Assembly (NCBI GenBank): GCA_041389045.1
Contig: JAWKSQ010000001.1
Location: 11,063-75,062, forward strand
DNA length: 64,000 bases
Direction: 5' to 3'
From: Minisyncoccota bacterium
Lineage (GTDB): Bacteria; Patescibacteriota; Minisyncoccia; Phycocordibacterales; UBA918
Shown: positions 9,182-18,235 of the stretch, piece by piece
Layout: each line of letters starts with the position of its first letter
Numbering within the stretch: position 1 is the stretch's first letter
Notes under the pieces: generated by a model
Seen by the model: only the letters and a program-made list of their open reading frames with translations
What the model was told of the DNA's origin: nothing
Database searches by the model: none
Made by a program: the position numbers and the translations under genes

Positions 9182-9390
9182 GTAAGGACCTCCTCGTAAC
9201 CAAGTACGGGCAAAAATTGATGGCCGTTTTGTCTTTTTCGGCCGAAGCGTAACCTATCATCAAAAACTCCCAAAAAAGTATGCTGAACGAAAAACAACCC
9301 GCGGGTACTTTATATATTATTTAACTAGTAGTCAAGCAACTAGAAAGCTACCTTGTCAGTTTGACTAAGGGTGGTTTCCACCCTTTTATC

Positions 9391-9431
9391 CGCTAAACAC
9401 CCCAAATGTAGTACATTTGGGGTGTTTAGCG
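9391..9431. other. Perfect 19-bp hairpin
   Basis: Stem cgctaaacaccccaaatgt / acatttggggtgtttagcg. It makes the 9386..9568 track ORF doubtful. Confidence 0.7.
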
Positions 9432-9579
9432 TGAAAAGCATCATTTTGATGCCGGCTGATAGGAACTAAGTTTGGACTCTTATTTTTGTAAAAATTTATC
9501 TTTTGACTCAAATCAGACAGAAGAAAATCCGCAACAGAGATTTTCTCCGGTGCGGACTCAGGATTCAAAATAACAAGAC

Positions 9580-9962
9580 CTACCTTTGCGGTCGATCCTG
9601 ATCAAAGTGACTGACGATTTTTACAACCACACGGTCAACCTTGTCTGGTGCAAACCTTTCAAAAAGTGGCACCAGTCTCTGTTGCGAAGCAATGAGACTT
9701 ACAGTCATAGTTTCCGCCAGCCCAGCTTCACCTTCTACGATGACTTCCGCTATTACAAGTTTTTCATATACATTCCATATTTGGGCAGACCTTTTCTTTT
9801 CAGAGTAACCTGTGCAATAACGCTTCACGACATCTGATAATCCCTTGACTAAATGATCCAAATCGACACGAAAATCTGCCACATAAGAACCACGGGCTTT
9901 TCCCAAGACTTTGGGGTAGGGACTATCTGCTTGGGGTCAAAATAAACACTATTACTAATCAT
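9580..9962 (-). pseudogene. Hypothetical protein with a 1-nt frameshift near codon 19
   Basis: The RBS gaaggag with ATG at 9962 gives MISNSVYFDPKQIVPTPKS. The main ORF (9580..9906) is in another frame, and one extra T in tctt joins the two. Confidence 0.5.
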
Positions 9963-10276
9963 TTCTGACTCCTTCAAAGGTTGAATAACTAGCCAATACA
10001 AGATTTCTCCAAGATTTACTTTAGTTGTAATCTATAAACAAGTCAACTGTAAATTTCAAATAACGATTCGTTACGCGGAGCACAAGAAAAAAGACCCGAG
10101 CGGGACACAGGTCCAGCGAGGGTCTTTTTCTTAGTGCGAAAAGTTTTCCCTATTCTAGGAACTGAGATTTTCTAAACGAGACCAGGCAAAAGACCCAAAA
10201 ATTTGTGAGCTGTACTGATGGGTACAGTGAACAAATTTTTGGGCCTTTTAACGCAGTATCGTGACGAAAATGTCTG

Positions 10277-10747
10277 TTACCAAGCGAAGTGGGCAAAAGC
10301 TCGGTTAGCCTCTGCCATCTTGTGAGTATCTTCCTTCTTCTTCACGGCTGCTCCTTCTTCCTTAGCAGCTAGCTTAAGCTCAGCGGCTAGTGCCTTGTGC
10401 ATTGGTACACCTTTTTGTTTGCGAGCACCTGAGATAATCCATCTTAGGGCTAGAGCCATTCGGCGCTCAGGACGAACTTCACGTGGCACCTGGTAGTTTG
10501 CTCCACCAACTCGGCGTGAGCGTACTTCCATCAGTGGGCCAGCATTTCGTACTGCAGTATTAAATATCTCTAGTGGATCTCCCCCATCTTTAGCATTCTT
10601 TATTTCTTCAAACGCCGCATAGACAATCTTGCGCGCAGTCTCTTTTTGACCACGAAGCATGATGTAGTTGATTAGTCTTTCAACATCAACCGAACCATGG
10701 ACTACGTCTGGAGAAACAACAGGTCGTTTCTTAATTGGTCGTCTCAT
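10277..10747 (-). CDS. rpsG: 30S ribosomal protein S7
   Basis: Full-length S7 sequence (…GANYQVPREVRPERR…LKLAAKEEGAAVKKKEDTHKMAEANRAFAHF). Confidence 0.97.
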   Translation of the reverse strand: MRRPIKKRPVVSPDVVHGSVDVERLINYIMLRGQKETARKIVYAAFEEIKNAKDGGDPLEIFNTAVRNAGPLMEVRSRRVGGANYQVPREVRPERRMALALRWIISGARKQKGVPMHKALAAELKLAAKEEGAAVKKKEDTHKMAEANRAFAHFAW

Positions 10748-11168
10748 ATTCTTTTAATTAATTTTCTTAAGGGTATTTCTACTACAGAAAATGAGGAGTT
10801 TATATGACATTCTCATTCTTCGCATAATTTGATTCCGAAGCCTGGGCTTGAATCGCGTCTAGTATCTGTAGCGAATATAAACTATTAAATTACTTTCTAA
10901 ATCACGTATTTTCTTTGTCAGAACTTCGTCTGCTTCAATCAACGTATTTTTTATACGTCTCCCTCATCAGACTTGTTCTTCCTCGAAAATTCTATGATTT
11001 AGAAAAGAATTGGTCTGTACTTTTCAAGGTGTACATCCTGCCATTTAGGATTAGTTCACAGGATACCTCATATGCGAGGCGCACCAGTAAATTTTTCTGA
11101 AACGTACTAAATGTACGGTGAAGAAAATTTACGCAGTGCAACAAAGCAGGTGAGGTATAGCTGTGTGA
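10748..11168 (-). promoter_or_regulatory. Unusually long (421 nt) structured rpsL-rpsG intercistronic region
   Basis: Nested hairpins are visible, for example 11063..11070 pairing with 11151..11158 and enclosing gtaaattttt/aaaatttac and cgtac/gtacg stems. There is no credible ORF. Confidence 0.35.
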
Positions 11169-11579
11169 CTAAGCCTTCGGTTTTTTGGCGCCGTACCTTG
11201 AGCGTCCCATCCTTCGTTCGGCTACTCCCGTTGCATCGTACTTACCTCGAACAATAGTGTATTGCACACCAATGTCCTTAACGCGTCCACCACGTACTAG
11301 TACCACTGAGTGTTCCTGCAAGTTGTGCTTGATACCAGGAATGTAGGCAGTGATTTCTTGACCATTACTTAAGCGCACACGGGCAATCTTTCGAATCGCA
11401 GAGTTCGGCTTACGAGGGGTCTTAGTGGTAACACGAGTACAAACGCCACGCTTAAATGGAGAGTTGTAATAGTTAGGGCGGTTCTCGATTTTGTTAAATC
11501 CAGAGTGTAATGCCCCAGTCTTACTCTTCCGAGCTGGGTTGGTTCGCTTCTTTCGTGATAATTGATTTATTGTTGCCAT
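11169..11579 (-). CDS. rpsL: 30S ribosomal protein S12
   Basis: Full-length S12 sequence ([12 protein letters not shown]...[22 protein letters not shown]...). Confidence 0.97.
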   Translation of the reverse strand: MATINQLSRKKRTNPARKSKTGALHSGFNKIENRPNYYNSPFKRGVCTRVTTKTPRKPNSAIRKIARVRLSNGQEITAYIPGIKHNLQEHSVVLVRGGRVKDIGVQYTIVRGKYDATGVAERRMGRSRYGAKKPKA

Positions 11580-11786
11580 AAAATTAGCTTGGTTACTCTA
11601 CTATAAATAGAGATTTATGCAACTTTAAGGTCACTGCTTGTGACACCTTACAGCTCGCTTTAGCCTATTTCTCCCTCGGAGGTCGAAATATGCTAAGCGC
11701 CTGTGTAAGCAAAATCTAGTCGCAGTTTCACTACTTGTGATTTTGCTTAACTATATATTGCTTTTTTTGCAACTAAATAGCGTTCC

Positions 11787-12422
11787 CTATAAACCAAGTA
11801 GGAGATAAGCGAAGGACCTAGTAAGAGCATATAGTGGTGGACCAAGAAACAGAATAAAGGCAATTATTACCACCGCAAAAGAAATACCGACATTTCTATC
11901 CATAAAAGCTCGGAAATTCTCATACTTCATAGCTAAAGCGAATGGTAAAAACTTTGGGAGAATTTTTGAACCATCAAGTGGTGGAATCGGTACTAGATTG
12001 AAGAAAGCTAGGAAAATATTGAGAATAATAATCTGAACAGCTAAACCTAGGAAGGCGTCCGGCAACTGTAGGATATCAGCCATTCTAAATAAAACCGCAA
12101 AAACTATCGCTATAAAGATGTTCATCAAGGGCCCAGCCGCTGCCACTATCGCCTCACCCCATCTTTGGTTGGTGAAATTATAAGGATTATAAGGAACCGG
12201 CTTAGCAGCGCCAAAAAGAAATGGCGAACCACTAAACACCAGTAGGGCAGGCAAGATTACCGACATCATTGGATCGATATGCACGAGCGGGTTGGCAGAC
12301 AGACGCCCCTGTAGGCGCGCAGTTGGGTCACCAAGCCAATTGGCGGCGTAACCGTGAGCCATCTCATGCAAGACGACTGACAACACCAGAGCTACAATCA
12401 TGATTATATGTATTTGTTCCAT
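11787..12422 (-). CDS. Site-2 protease family (M50) membrane metalloprotease
   Basis: HEMAHG zinc motif, multiple TM segments, and a PIPPLDGSK motif. Confidence 0.85.
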   Translation of the reverse strand: MEQIHIIMIVALVLSVVLHEMAHGYAANWLGDPTARLQGRLSANPLVHIDPMMSVILPALLVFSGSPFLFGAAKPVPYNPYNFTNQRWGEAIVAAAGPLMNIFIAIVFAVLFRMADILQLPDAFLGLAVQIIILNIFLAFFNLVPIPPLDGSKILPKFLPFALAMKYENFRAFMDRNVGISFAVVIIAFILFLGPPLYALTRSFAYLLLGL

Positions 12423-12553
12423 AAGAAGCCCTATTTTACCGTAACGACTATTGTTTGGCCAATCAGTATTGCTTTGTACGGCGGTTTGTACTTTTGTACT
12501 AATTTAGGAGTTGGATCGATCAACCTAAAGTCCCGTAACGGGAAGGAGTGAAC

Positions 12554-12859
12554 ATGAAAAAAGCAAAGGATTCGGATTTCCGTCTGTTTCTAGTCATCCT
12601 ACCGGTCCTAAGTGACATGCTTGATGAAGACAACTTTCCAAAGAACTTCATTATCAGTGTCATCCATGATTGGACAAGACCTCACGTCAATGAATCAACT
12701 CTTTCACAAAGAGATCGAGTGAAAATCGACGCCTGGCTGCAGAGATTTGTGCATGGCAAGGAAGACAAATACTTAACTTCTTCTCAAGAAAGCATCAGCT
12801 CGGTAAGCACTGACATCTTGAGCAGGGGTTCAAATTTCAACCCACGTCGTTCATGGTAA
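12554..12859 (+). CDS. Hypothetical protein (orphan)
   Basis: The leader cccgtaacgggaaggag lies 5 nt before the ATG. The same 17-mer precedes the 8140 gene. Confidence 0.45.
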   Translation: MKKAKDSDFRLFLVILPVLSDMLDEDNFPKNFIISVIHDWTRPHVNESTLSQRDRVKIDAWLQRFVHGKEDKYLTSSQESISSVSTDILSRGSNFNPRRSW

Positions 12860-12992
12860 CAACATCTTGGACTAGACTAGATATGGGCTTAGCTGGCACC
12901 AAAAGTGCCGGCTTTAACTTTTTAATTACATGACATAAAAAGCTTGCAATATCGAGCACTCGTGCTAGTATAGCGGGACTTAAAACAACGTT

Positions 12993-13235
12993 ATGGCAAA
13001 TATCTGCGACATCACTGGCAAGAAGCCACAAGTAGGAGGACGCTACAGTAACCGCACTCGTGCGACACAGTTTAACCCGTGCGGTAATGTAAAGCGTCTA
13101 CCAAACCTACAAAGTAAGCGAATTTATGTACCAGAAATTGGTAAGAGTGTTACCGTTAAGGTCTCTACCAAAGGTCTTCGCACTATCGCTAAAAACGGAG
13201 CTTACAAAACTCTAAAAGAAGCGAAGCTCATCTAA
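12993..13235 (+). CDS. rpmB: 50S ribosomal protein L28
   Basis: The sequence MANICDITGKKPQVGGRYSNRTRATQ... matches the L28 pattern. Confidence 0.9.
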   Translation: MANICDITGKKPQVGGRYSNRTRATQFNPCGNVKRLPNLQSKRIYVPEIGKSVTVKVSTKGLRTIAKNGAYKTLKEAKLI

Positions 13236-13240
13236 TCCAA

Positions 13241-13277
13241 ACAAAAGAGCCGGCCCCTACGGGGCCGGCTCTTTTGT
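13241..13277. terminator. Terminator hairpin
   Basis: Stem aaaagagccggcccc / ggggccggctctttt. Confidence 0.8.
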
Positions 13278-13286
13278 TTAACTATC

Positions 13287-14174
13287 CTAGTCCTCCAACC
13301 AAACCTCTGTACCATCACTTTTAAAGATTATATTTCCATCGGTTGCGGTATTCATAATAGTACTACCGAAATTTTTCACCCTATCGATAACCTCTTGATG
13401 TGGATGACCATAACGATTATCTTTACCCGCTGAAACTACTGCATACGCTGGTGCCACCATTTCCAAAAACGAATCAGCGGTAGAAGTCTTTGAGCCATGA
13501 TGTCCAAGCTTAAGCACTTCACTTTCTAAGGTTTCACCGTAAGTCTTTACCAGATATTCTTCAATCCCTAGCGGAGCATCCCCAGTCAACATAAATTCTA
13601 TATCGCCGTATTTAAGTTGCACCACAATCGATGAGGTATTGCTTTCCCAATTACTAGTATCACTGCTTGGCGACAGAATCATAAGTGTAGTGGAAGCCCC
13701 GAGACTAATAACATCTCCCGCTTTAGCCAAGTATGTACGTGCTCCCTCGTCACTTTCCATAAAAGCAAAAGCCGAAGAAACTGCCGTATCACTTTCATTT
13801 TCTGTCCGAATTATTTCCGACACCTGATACCGACCAAGTATGTCTACCAACCCACCAATATGATCCTTATCCGGGTGAGTAGCTAAGACTACGTCAATCT
13901 TCCTATCCCAAAATGGCATTACCTTACTTACTTCCCGGAGTACTCCAGCATCTGGCCCACCATCTATAAGCAGTTGCACGCCATCTGGTGTCTCCACAAA
14001 AATGGCATCTCCTTGCCCAACATCAAGAAAGGCGACTGTGAGTAAACCTTCGGATGAAGAATTGCCGAGCGAAGCTAACTGACCCTCACTAAAATAAGGC
14101 GTAACAAAGACTGTTAAGATAAAAATCCCCAGTCCACCCAGTGTAAAAAGCCGAAACCTAAAAAAGCGAATCAT
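13287..14174 (-). CDS. MBL-fold metallo-hydrolase, stand-alone ComEC C-terminal-domain-like protein with its own N-terminal TM segment
   Basis: Motifs DVGQGDAIF, THPDKDHIGG, GHHGS and GHPH. Confidence 0.8.
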   Translation of the reverse strand: MIRFFRFRLFTLGGLGIFILTVFVTPYFSEGQLASLGNSSSEGLLTVAFLDVGQGDAIFVETPDGVQLLIDGGPDAGVLREVSKVMPFWDRKIDVVLATHPDKDHIGGLVDILGRYQVSEIIRTENESDTAVSSAFAFMESDEGARTYLAKAGDVISLGASTTLMILSPSSDTSNWESNTSSIVVQLKYGDIEFMLTGDAPLGIEEYLVKTYGETLESEVLKLGHHGSKTSTADSFLEMVAPAYAVVSAGKDNRYGHPHQEVIDRVKNFGSTIMNTATDGNIIFKSDGTEVWLED

Positions 14175-14264
14175 TCACCCATTTAGTATAAACTATTAGT
14201 AATAGTAACTGACTTTAACTTAATTCTGCTATACTACTCGTAGTTAAAAAGTAAAAAATATTCT

Positions 14265-14840
14265 ATGCACTACACAGCAAAAACTTTTAATGTTCCGGAA
14301 CTTGATGGTATTGGTCGCGAAACCATCGAAGAACACATTGGGCTTTATAATGGCTACGTTAAGCACGCGAATTTAATTCGTGAGAAAATAGACGCTTATA
14401 GTAACGACCCTGATAACAACAGCTACGCGATAAGTGAAATGCAACGACGTTTCGGCTTTGAATTTGGTGGCATGCGTAATCACGAATACTACTTCACCCA
14501 GTTTGAAGGTGGAGCCAAATCACTTCCCGACGGAAAGCTCAAGTCTATGATGGAGACTCAGTGGGGTAGTGTCGATAACTGGTCTGCTCGCTTCCGCAAA
14601 ATTGCCATGACTCGTGGTGTCGGCTGGGCCATGCTTTACATCGACCGTCAGACAAATCAATTAGTCGAAACTTGGGTAGATGAACAGCAACTAGGTCAAC
14701 TGGCCGACCTCGACATTGTCCTTGCCCTCGATATGTGGGAACACTCATACATGCGTGACTATCCAGCTAGCAAAAAGGGTGAATATGTTGAGGCTTTCTT
14801 CCGAAACCTAAATTGGGAAGTAGTTGCTAATAGAATTTAA
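14265..14840 (+). CDS. Fe/Mn superoxide dismutase family protein
   Basis: The C-terminal LALDMWEHSYMRDY motif and overall length fit. The N-terminal His pattern is atypical. Confidence 0.7.
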   Translation: MHYTAKTFNVPELDGIGRETIEEHIGLYNGYVKHANLIREKIDAYSNDPDNNSYAISEMQRRFGFEFGGMRNHEYYFTQFEGGAKSLPDGKLKSMMETQWGSVDNWSARFRKIAMTRGVGWAMLYIDRQTNQLVETWVDEQQLGQLADLDIVLALDMWEHSYMRDYPASKKGEYVEAFFRNLNWEVVANRI

Positions 14841-15049
14841 TCCTTAAGTCGACGAGCGAAATTAAAGACCGCCAGTTTTTACTTGGCGGTCTTTAATTTA
14901 TAAAGTTTGGTTTAGTACCCTATCTTTACATTATACCATATTTATGTATAATGGTCAATATAAGTCTTAATTATGCTTTTACTAAATAGTGTTTTTGGTA
15001 AGAAATGTTAAGATGGCGCGTCAGTATCAGTACTACTATGTATAATCGC

Positions 15050-15238
15050 ATGAAAATTTATACCCTGTCGAGGCCGAGACTTAAGAAAACACTCGGATGG
15101 GTTTTGATTGTGCTTGGCATCATTGCTCTCGTAGCACCCATCGTTCCTGGCTTAGTCCTCATTGCCATTGCTCTAGAACTACTCGGTATCAGATTTGTTT
15201 TTATTGATAAGTTACTGAAACGAAACTCCTCCACTTAG
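15050..15238 (+). CDS. Small membrane protein (PGPGW-like)
   Basis: The two TM helices read LGWVLIVLGIIALVAPIVPGLVLIAIALELLG. Confidence 0.4.
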   Translation: MKIYTLSRPRLKKTLGWVLIVLGIIALVAPIVPGLVLIAIALELLGIRFVFIDKLLKRNSST

Positions 15239-15260
15239 AGCGCTCCTTTTCTGAATTTAA

Positions 15261-16926
15261 CTAACGAAAGAATATTGGTGTGTCAGCCATTTCTTTATCC
15301 TTGTCTGTACTCGCATTTAACTTCTTCATTCCCAATTCTTCATCAAATTCTTCTTCAATGGTCCAATCTGCCAAATCATCCGATTTCGAACTGCTCCCTA
15401 AAGTTCCAACCAATAAATTTTGCGCTAAGTCACCCTGACCTGGCCCACCCAACACTTGATGACTTCTCCATAGAAAGTAACCTAGTATCACATACGAGAT
15501 AATTACTAAATAAAATGGAAAAGCTGGTACCACCATGGAGCTAAAGGCAAAACCTCCAAACCACAACGCCACCTCATTTATATATTGGAGAACAAAGTAG
15601 GTCGGTACAGCCAAAGGTCCCGAGACAGCTAGCGATACAAAACCAACTACCCCAGTCATAAAAGTTAGAAGCATCGCGACAGGTACGATTGGCAACACTA
15701 GGACATTCACCAAAATTGCCACTAACGAAAATTCTCCGATGTGGTAAAGCAAGAGTGGTAGCACAGCTAACTGAGTAGAAAGCGTGGCCATAAAGAATGT
15801 CTTCAAACCATATTTGCCAGGAATGAAAGTAAAATATTTTTCGAGAGCCGGGGCTACCAGTATCAGGCCGAGTGTGGCGAGAATGATAATTGAAACCCAA
15901 TATCATAAACAAGAAGATATGGATTAATGATCAACATGACTACCCCAGCCAGCATCAAGGCTCGCAATACTAAATAGATCCGACCATAGGCGTGGGCACA
16001 AGAAGTAAGCTGGCCATTACTGAAGCCCTAACCACCGTGGCCGAAAAACCAACTAGTATTGCAAAGAGACAGATAGCCACTACCCCAGCGACCACTCTAG
16101 CTCTCGGGCGCAGAAAGTATCCTAGTACAAACATCACAAACGCTACGACCAACATGACGTTATAGCCGGACAGAACTACAATATGAATAATCCCGGTTTT
16201 ACGAAAGGCTAACTCCAGGTCATCCCCCAAGGCTCGCTTGACCCCAAGCAGTAGTCCCTCACCAAGACCAACCGCTGGTTCAGCAATTACTTCTTCAAGT
16301 TTGCTCATAAACTTCTGCTTGAAACTAAGCAGACTGGCAACAATTACATTTCCCTCGCCACGACGTAACACTTCTATTTCTGCAAAGGAAATTTGGTACT
16401 TTACTCCCTTCGCGAGTAAGTAACCAGGGTAATTAAAAGTCCGACCAAGGTCGGTCACAAAGGCTTCTGGTTTTTGTAGTTTACCTTCAACTCGTAGCAC
16501 ATCTCCATAACTTACTTCGTGGTAACGGTCAGTCGTGACCAAAATTATTTCTCCGTTTTCGATTTTCACATAGAGGTGTAGTGAGTTGGCTCTTCTATCT
16601 GGTTCACGATCGACTCGGCCTTCGATTATTACTTTTTGCTCTACCCTATTATCAAAAACTGACGTAGCTAAACTTTCTGCAGTCACGACGAATCTACCGG
16701 CCCCTAGGACAAAAAATACGAGTGCCAGGCCAATAAAAAGAAAGGCACCAGAAGAAGAGTCATCACTAGCACGCTTCCAAAGTAGAGCTAAAACCACCGA
16801 AAGTAGCAAAAGCCAAGCTAAAGTCGGTAAGGGAGTAGAGAAAAGCGATGCTACAAAAACTCCGAGAAAAAAGCCCAGGGTAGCTACGTAAAAGTGTGAA
16901 ATAGACATTAAAATAATCTTTAACAC
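15261..16926 (-). pseudogene. comEC: ComEC/Rec2 competence channel (DUF4131 + Competence domains) interrupted by two 1-nt frameshifts
   Basis: 16926..15970 ends at ...SLLLVPTPMVGSI*. A shifted frame gives AHAYGRIYLVLRALMLAGVVMLIINPYLLVYDIGFQLSF. A second shift gives ILATLGLILVAPALEKYF...MATLSTQLAVLPLLLYHIGEFSLVA, which continues in 15806..15261. Confidence 0.8.
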
Positions 16927-17017
16927 TCTACTTTTATTATAGCAGTTCGATACTTGTGATTATTTAAAATTTAAAAAACCACCCGGAGGTGGTTTTTGGC
17001 GCCGGAGCGCCAAGTGT

Positions 17018-17301
17018 TCAGGCTGCAACAGGCAGTGACCGCATTTCTTCCAGGTACCTTTTCAAGACACATCGGGTAGTCTTCAAGTGTGTCAAATGTG
17101 TTCCGTAAGAGACTTGGCTCATGGACAACTTGTCGACCCAGTAATCGAGCGCCTCGTGTGCGTTATTCACATTCACCAATGTCCTGTTGGGACAACGTGG
17201 CTCGGCAAATGGCTTCACCAACTCCAGACGTCTGAATGACATGTTGCTGGTATCACCTTCACCAACAAAGGATTCCCAACCGGCATCAATATTTTCCCCA
17301 T
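17018..17301 (-). pseudogene. Hypothetical protein with a 1-nt frameshift at codon 2-3 (GC-rich orphan)
   Basis: A TTGACT-18-TATATT promoter-like sequence, the RBS gaggag and an ATG at 17301 are present. One extra G in the gggg run would give MGENIDAGWESFVGEGDTSNMSFRRLELVK.... Confidence 0.5.
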
Positions 17302-17389
17302 TTCACAATCTCCTCGGAACTTCACAATGCACATCGCATTGTGTTCTGTCCGGGGCCAATATAACCCCTACAAGAAGACTAAGTCAATA

Positions 17390-17806
17390 CTAAGAATCCA
17401 ACGTCTCGCTGACGAGCCTAATAGCCTCTTTATTTTTTGCGGGTTTGATTTTGGTAAAAGTTAATTTGGGAAAACTAGCTACACACATATTATGAATTTC
17501 GATAAACATCGGTACTAAACCAGGTTCATTGATAGGGCTTTCAGAATTAAGTTGTTTCTTTACTAACTCATTGTCTAGTCGCACTTCAAAATTCATCTTA
17601 GTTGTTTTGTCACTATAGAGAGTAATCAGGGTTTGCAAAGCCAACATTACTCCATAATATTCGGCGAAATTTTCTGTACCGTTTCCAAGTGACTGTTTAG
17701 CTTCTTGTATCAAATCACCCTTTTCATCAACAATATACACTCCCGCTGCTGCCGGGCCAGGGTTCCCAAGCGCTCCTCCACTCGTATAGGCAATGATTTT
17801 TTCCAT
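17390..17806 (-). CDS. RNase H-like (RVT_3 / RNase HI family) protein
   Basis: The sequence MEKIIAYTSGGALGNPGPAAAGVYIV...NFAEYYGVMLAL...RLDNELV fits the RNase HI pattern. The first catalytic Asp position reads Ser. Confidence 0.6.
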   Translation of the reverse strand: MEKIIAYTSGGALGNPGPAAAGVYIVDEKGDLIQEAKQSLGNGTENFAEYYGVMLALQTLITLYSDKTTKMNFEVRLDNELVKKQLNSESPINEPGLVPMFIEIHNMCVASFPKLTFTKIKPAKNKEAIRLVSETLDS

Positions 17807-17882
17807 ATTCGCAGTATACACTTGACGCAGATAAAGGGCTAATGTAAGTTTTAATTCTCCCACAACCAAGAAGGAACACCTG

Positions 17883-18167
17883 ATGACCACACATAATAGA
17901 AGTCGGAGAGGAATCACCCGCGTAAATCAGCGCGACCTCCAAGCAAAGGTTGCCGAATTACTTGCGACAGGTTGCAGGATAACGAACAGCACAACGTCTA
18001 TACGAAAAGACCGTAAGAGAGGTGTCAACAAGACCACCGTTGTCACCGTGATCAAGTTTCTTCGTCCCATCGCTTCGAAAAATAAAACGTCTCGAGACCA
18101 GCGACAGTTCTTCAAACCAGTCCCTTTTTACCCAACCTCCGGCAAAGCCCTTGGCCGGGTGAAGTGA
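17883..18167 (+). CDS. Hypothetical basic protein (orphan)
   Basis: A TTGACG-17-TAAGTT promoter-like sequence lies upstream. The GC-rich terminator acgggcccgc/gcgggcccgt lies downstream. Confidence 0.4.
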   Translation: MTTHNRSRRGITRVNQRDLQAKVAELLATGCRITNSTTSIRKDRKRGVNKTTVVTVIKFLRPIASKNKTSRDQRQFFKPVPFYPTSGKALGRVK

Positions 18168-18235
18168 CTTTGTTCTTGACCAGACAAAAACTGACGCAAC
18201 GGGCCCGCTATTTTGCGGGCCCGTATCTTTTTAGC

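Noticed and set aside
9386-9568. The 60-aa track ORF on the minus strand.
   Set aside because: Its 3' end is formed by a perfect 19-bp hairpin (9391..9431) that looks like a terminator or structural element. There is no RBS.
10940-11000. A CUGAUGAG string on the minus strand of the rpsL-rpsG spacer, reminiscent of the hammerhead ribozyme core.
   Set aside because: I could not build helix II closed by a GAAA(C) core, nor helices I and III with a GUH cleavage site. It is most likely a chance 8-mer.
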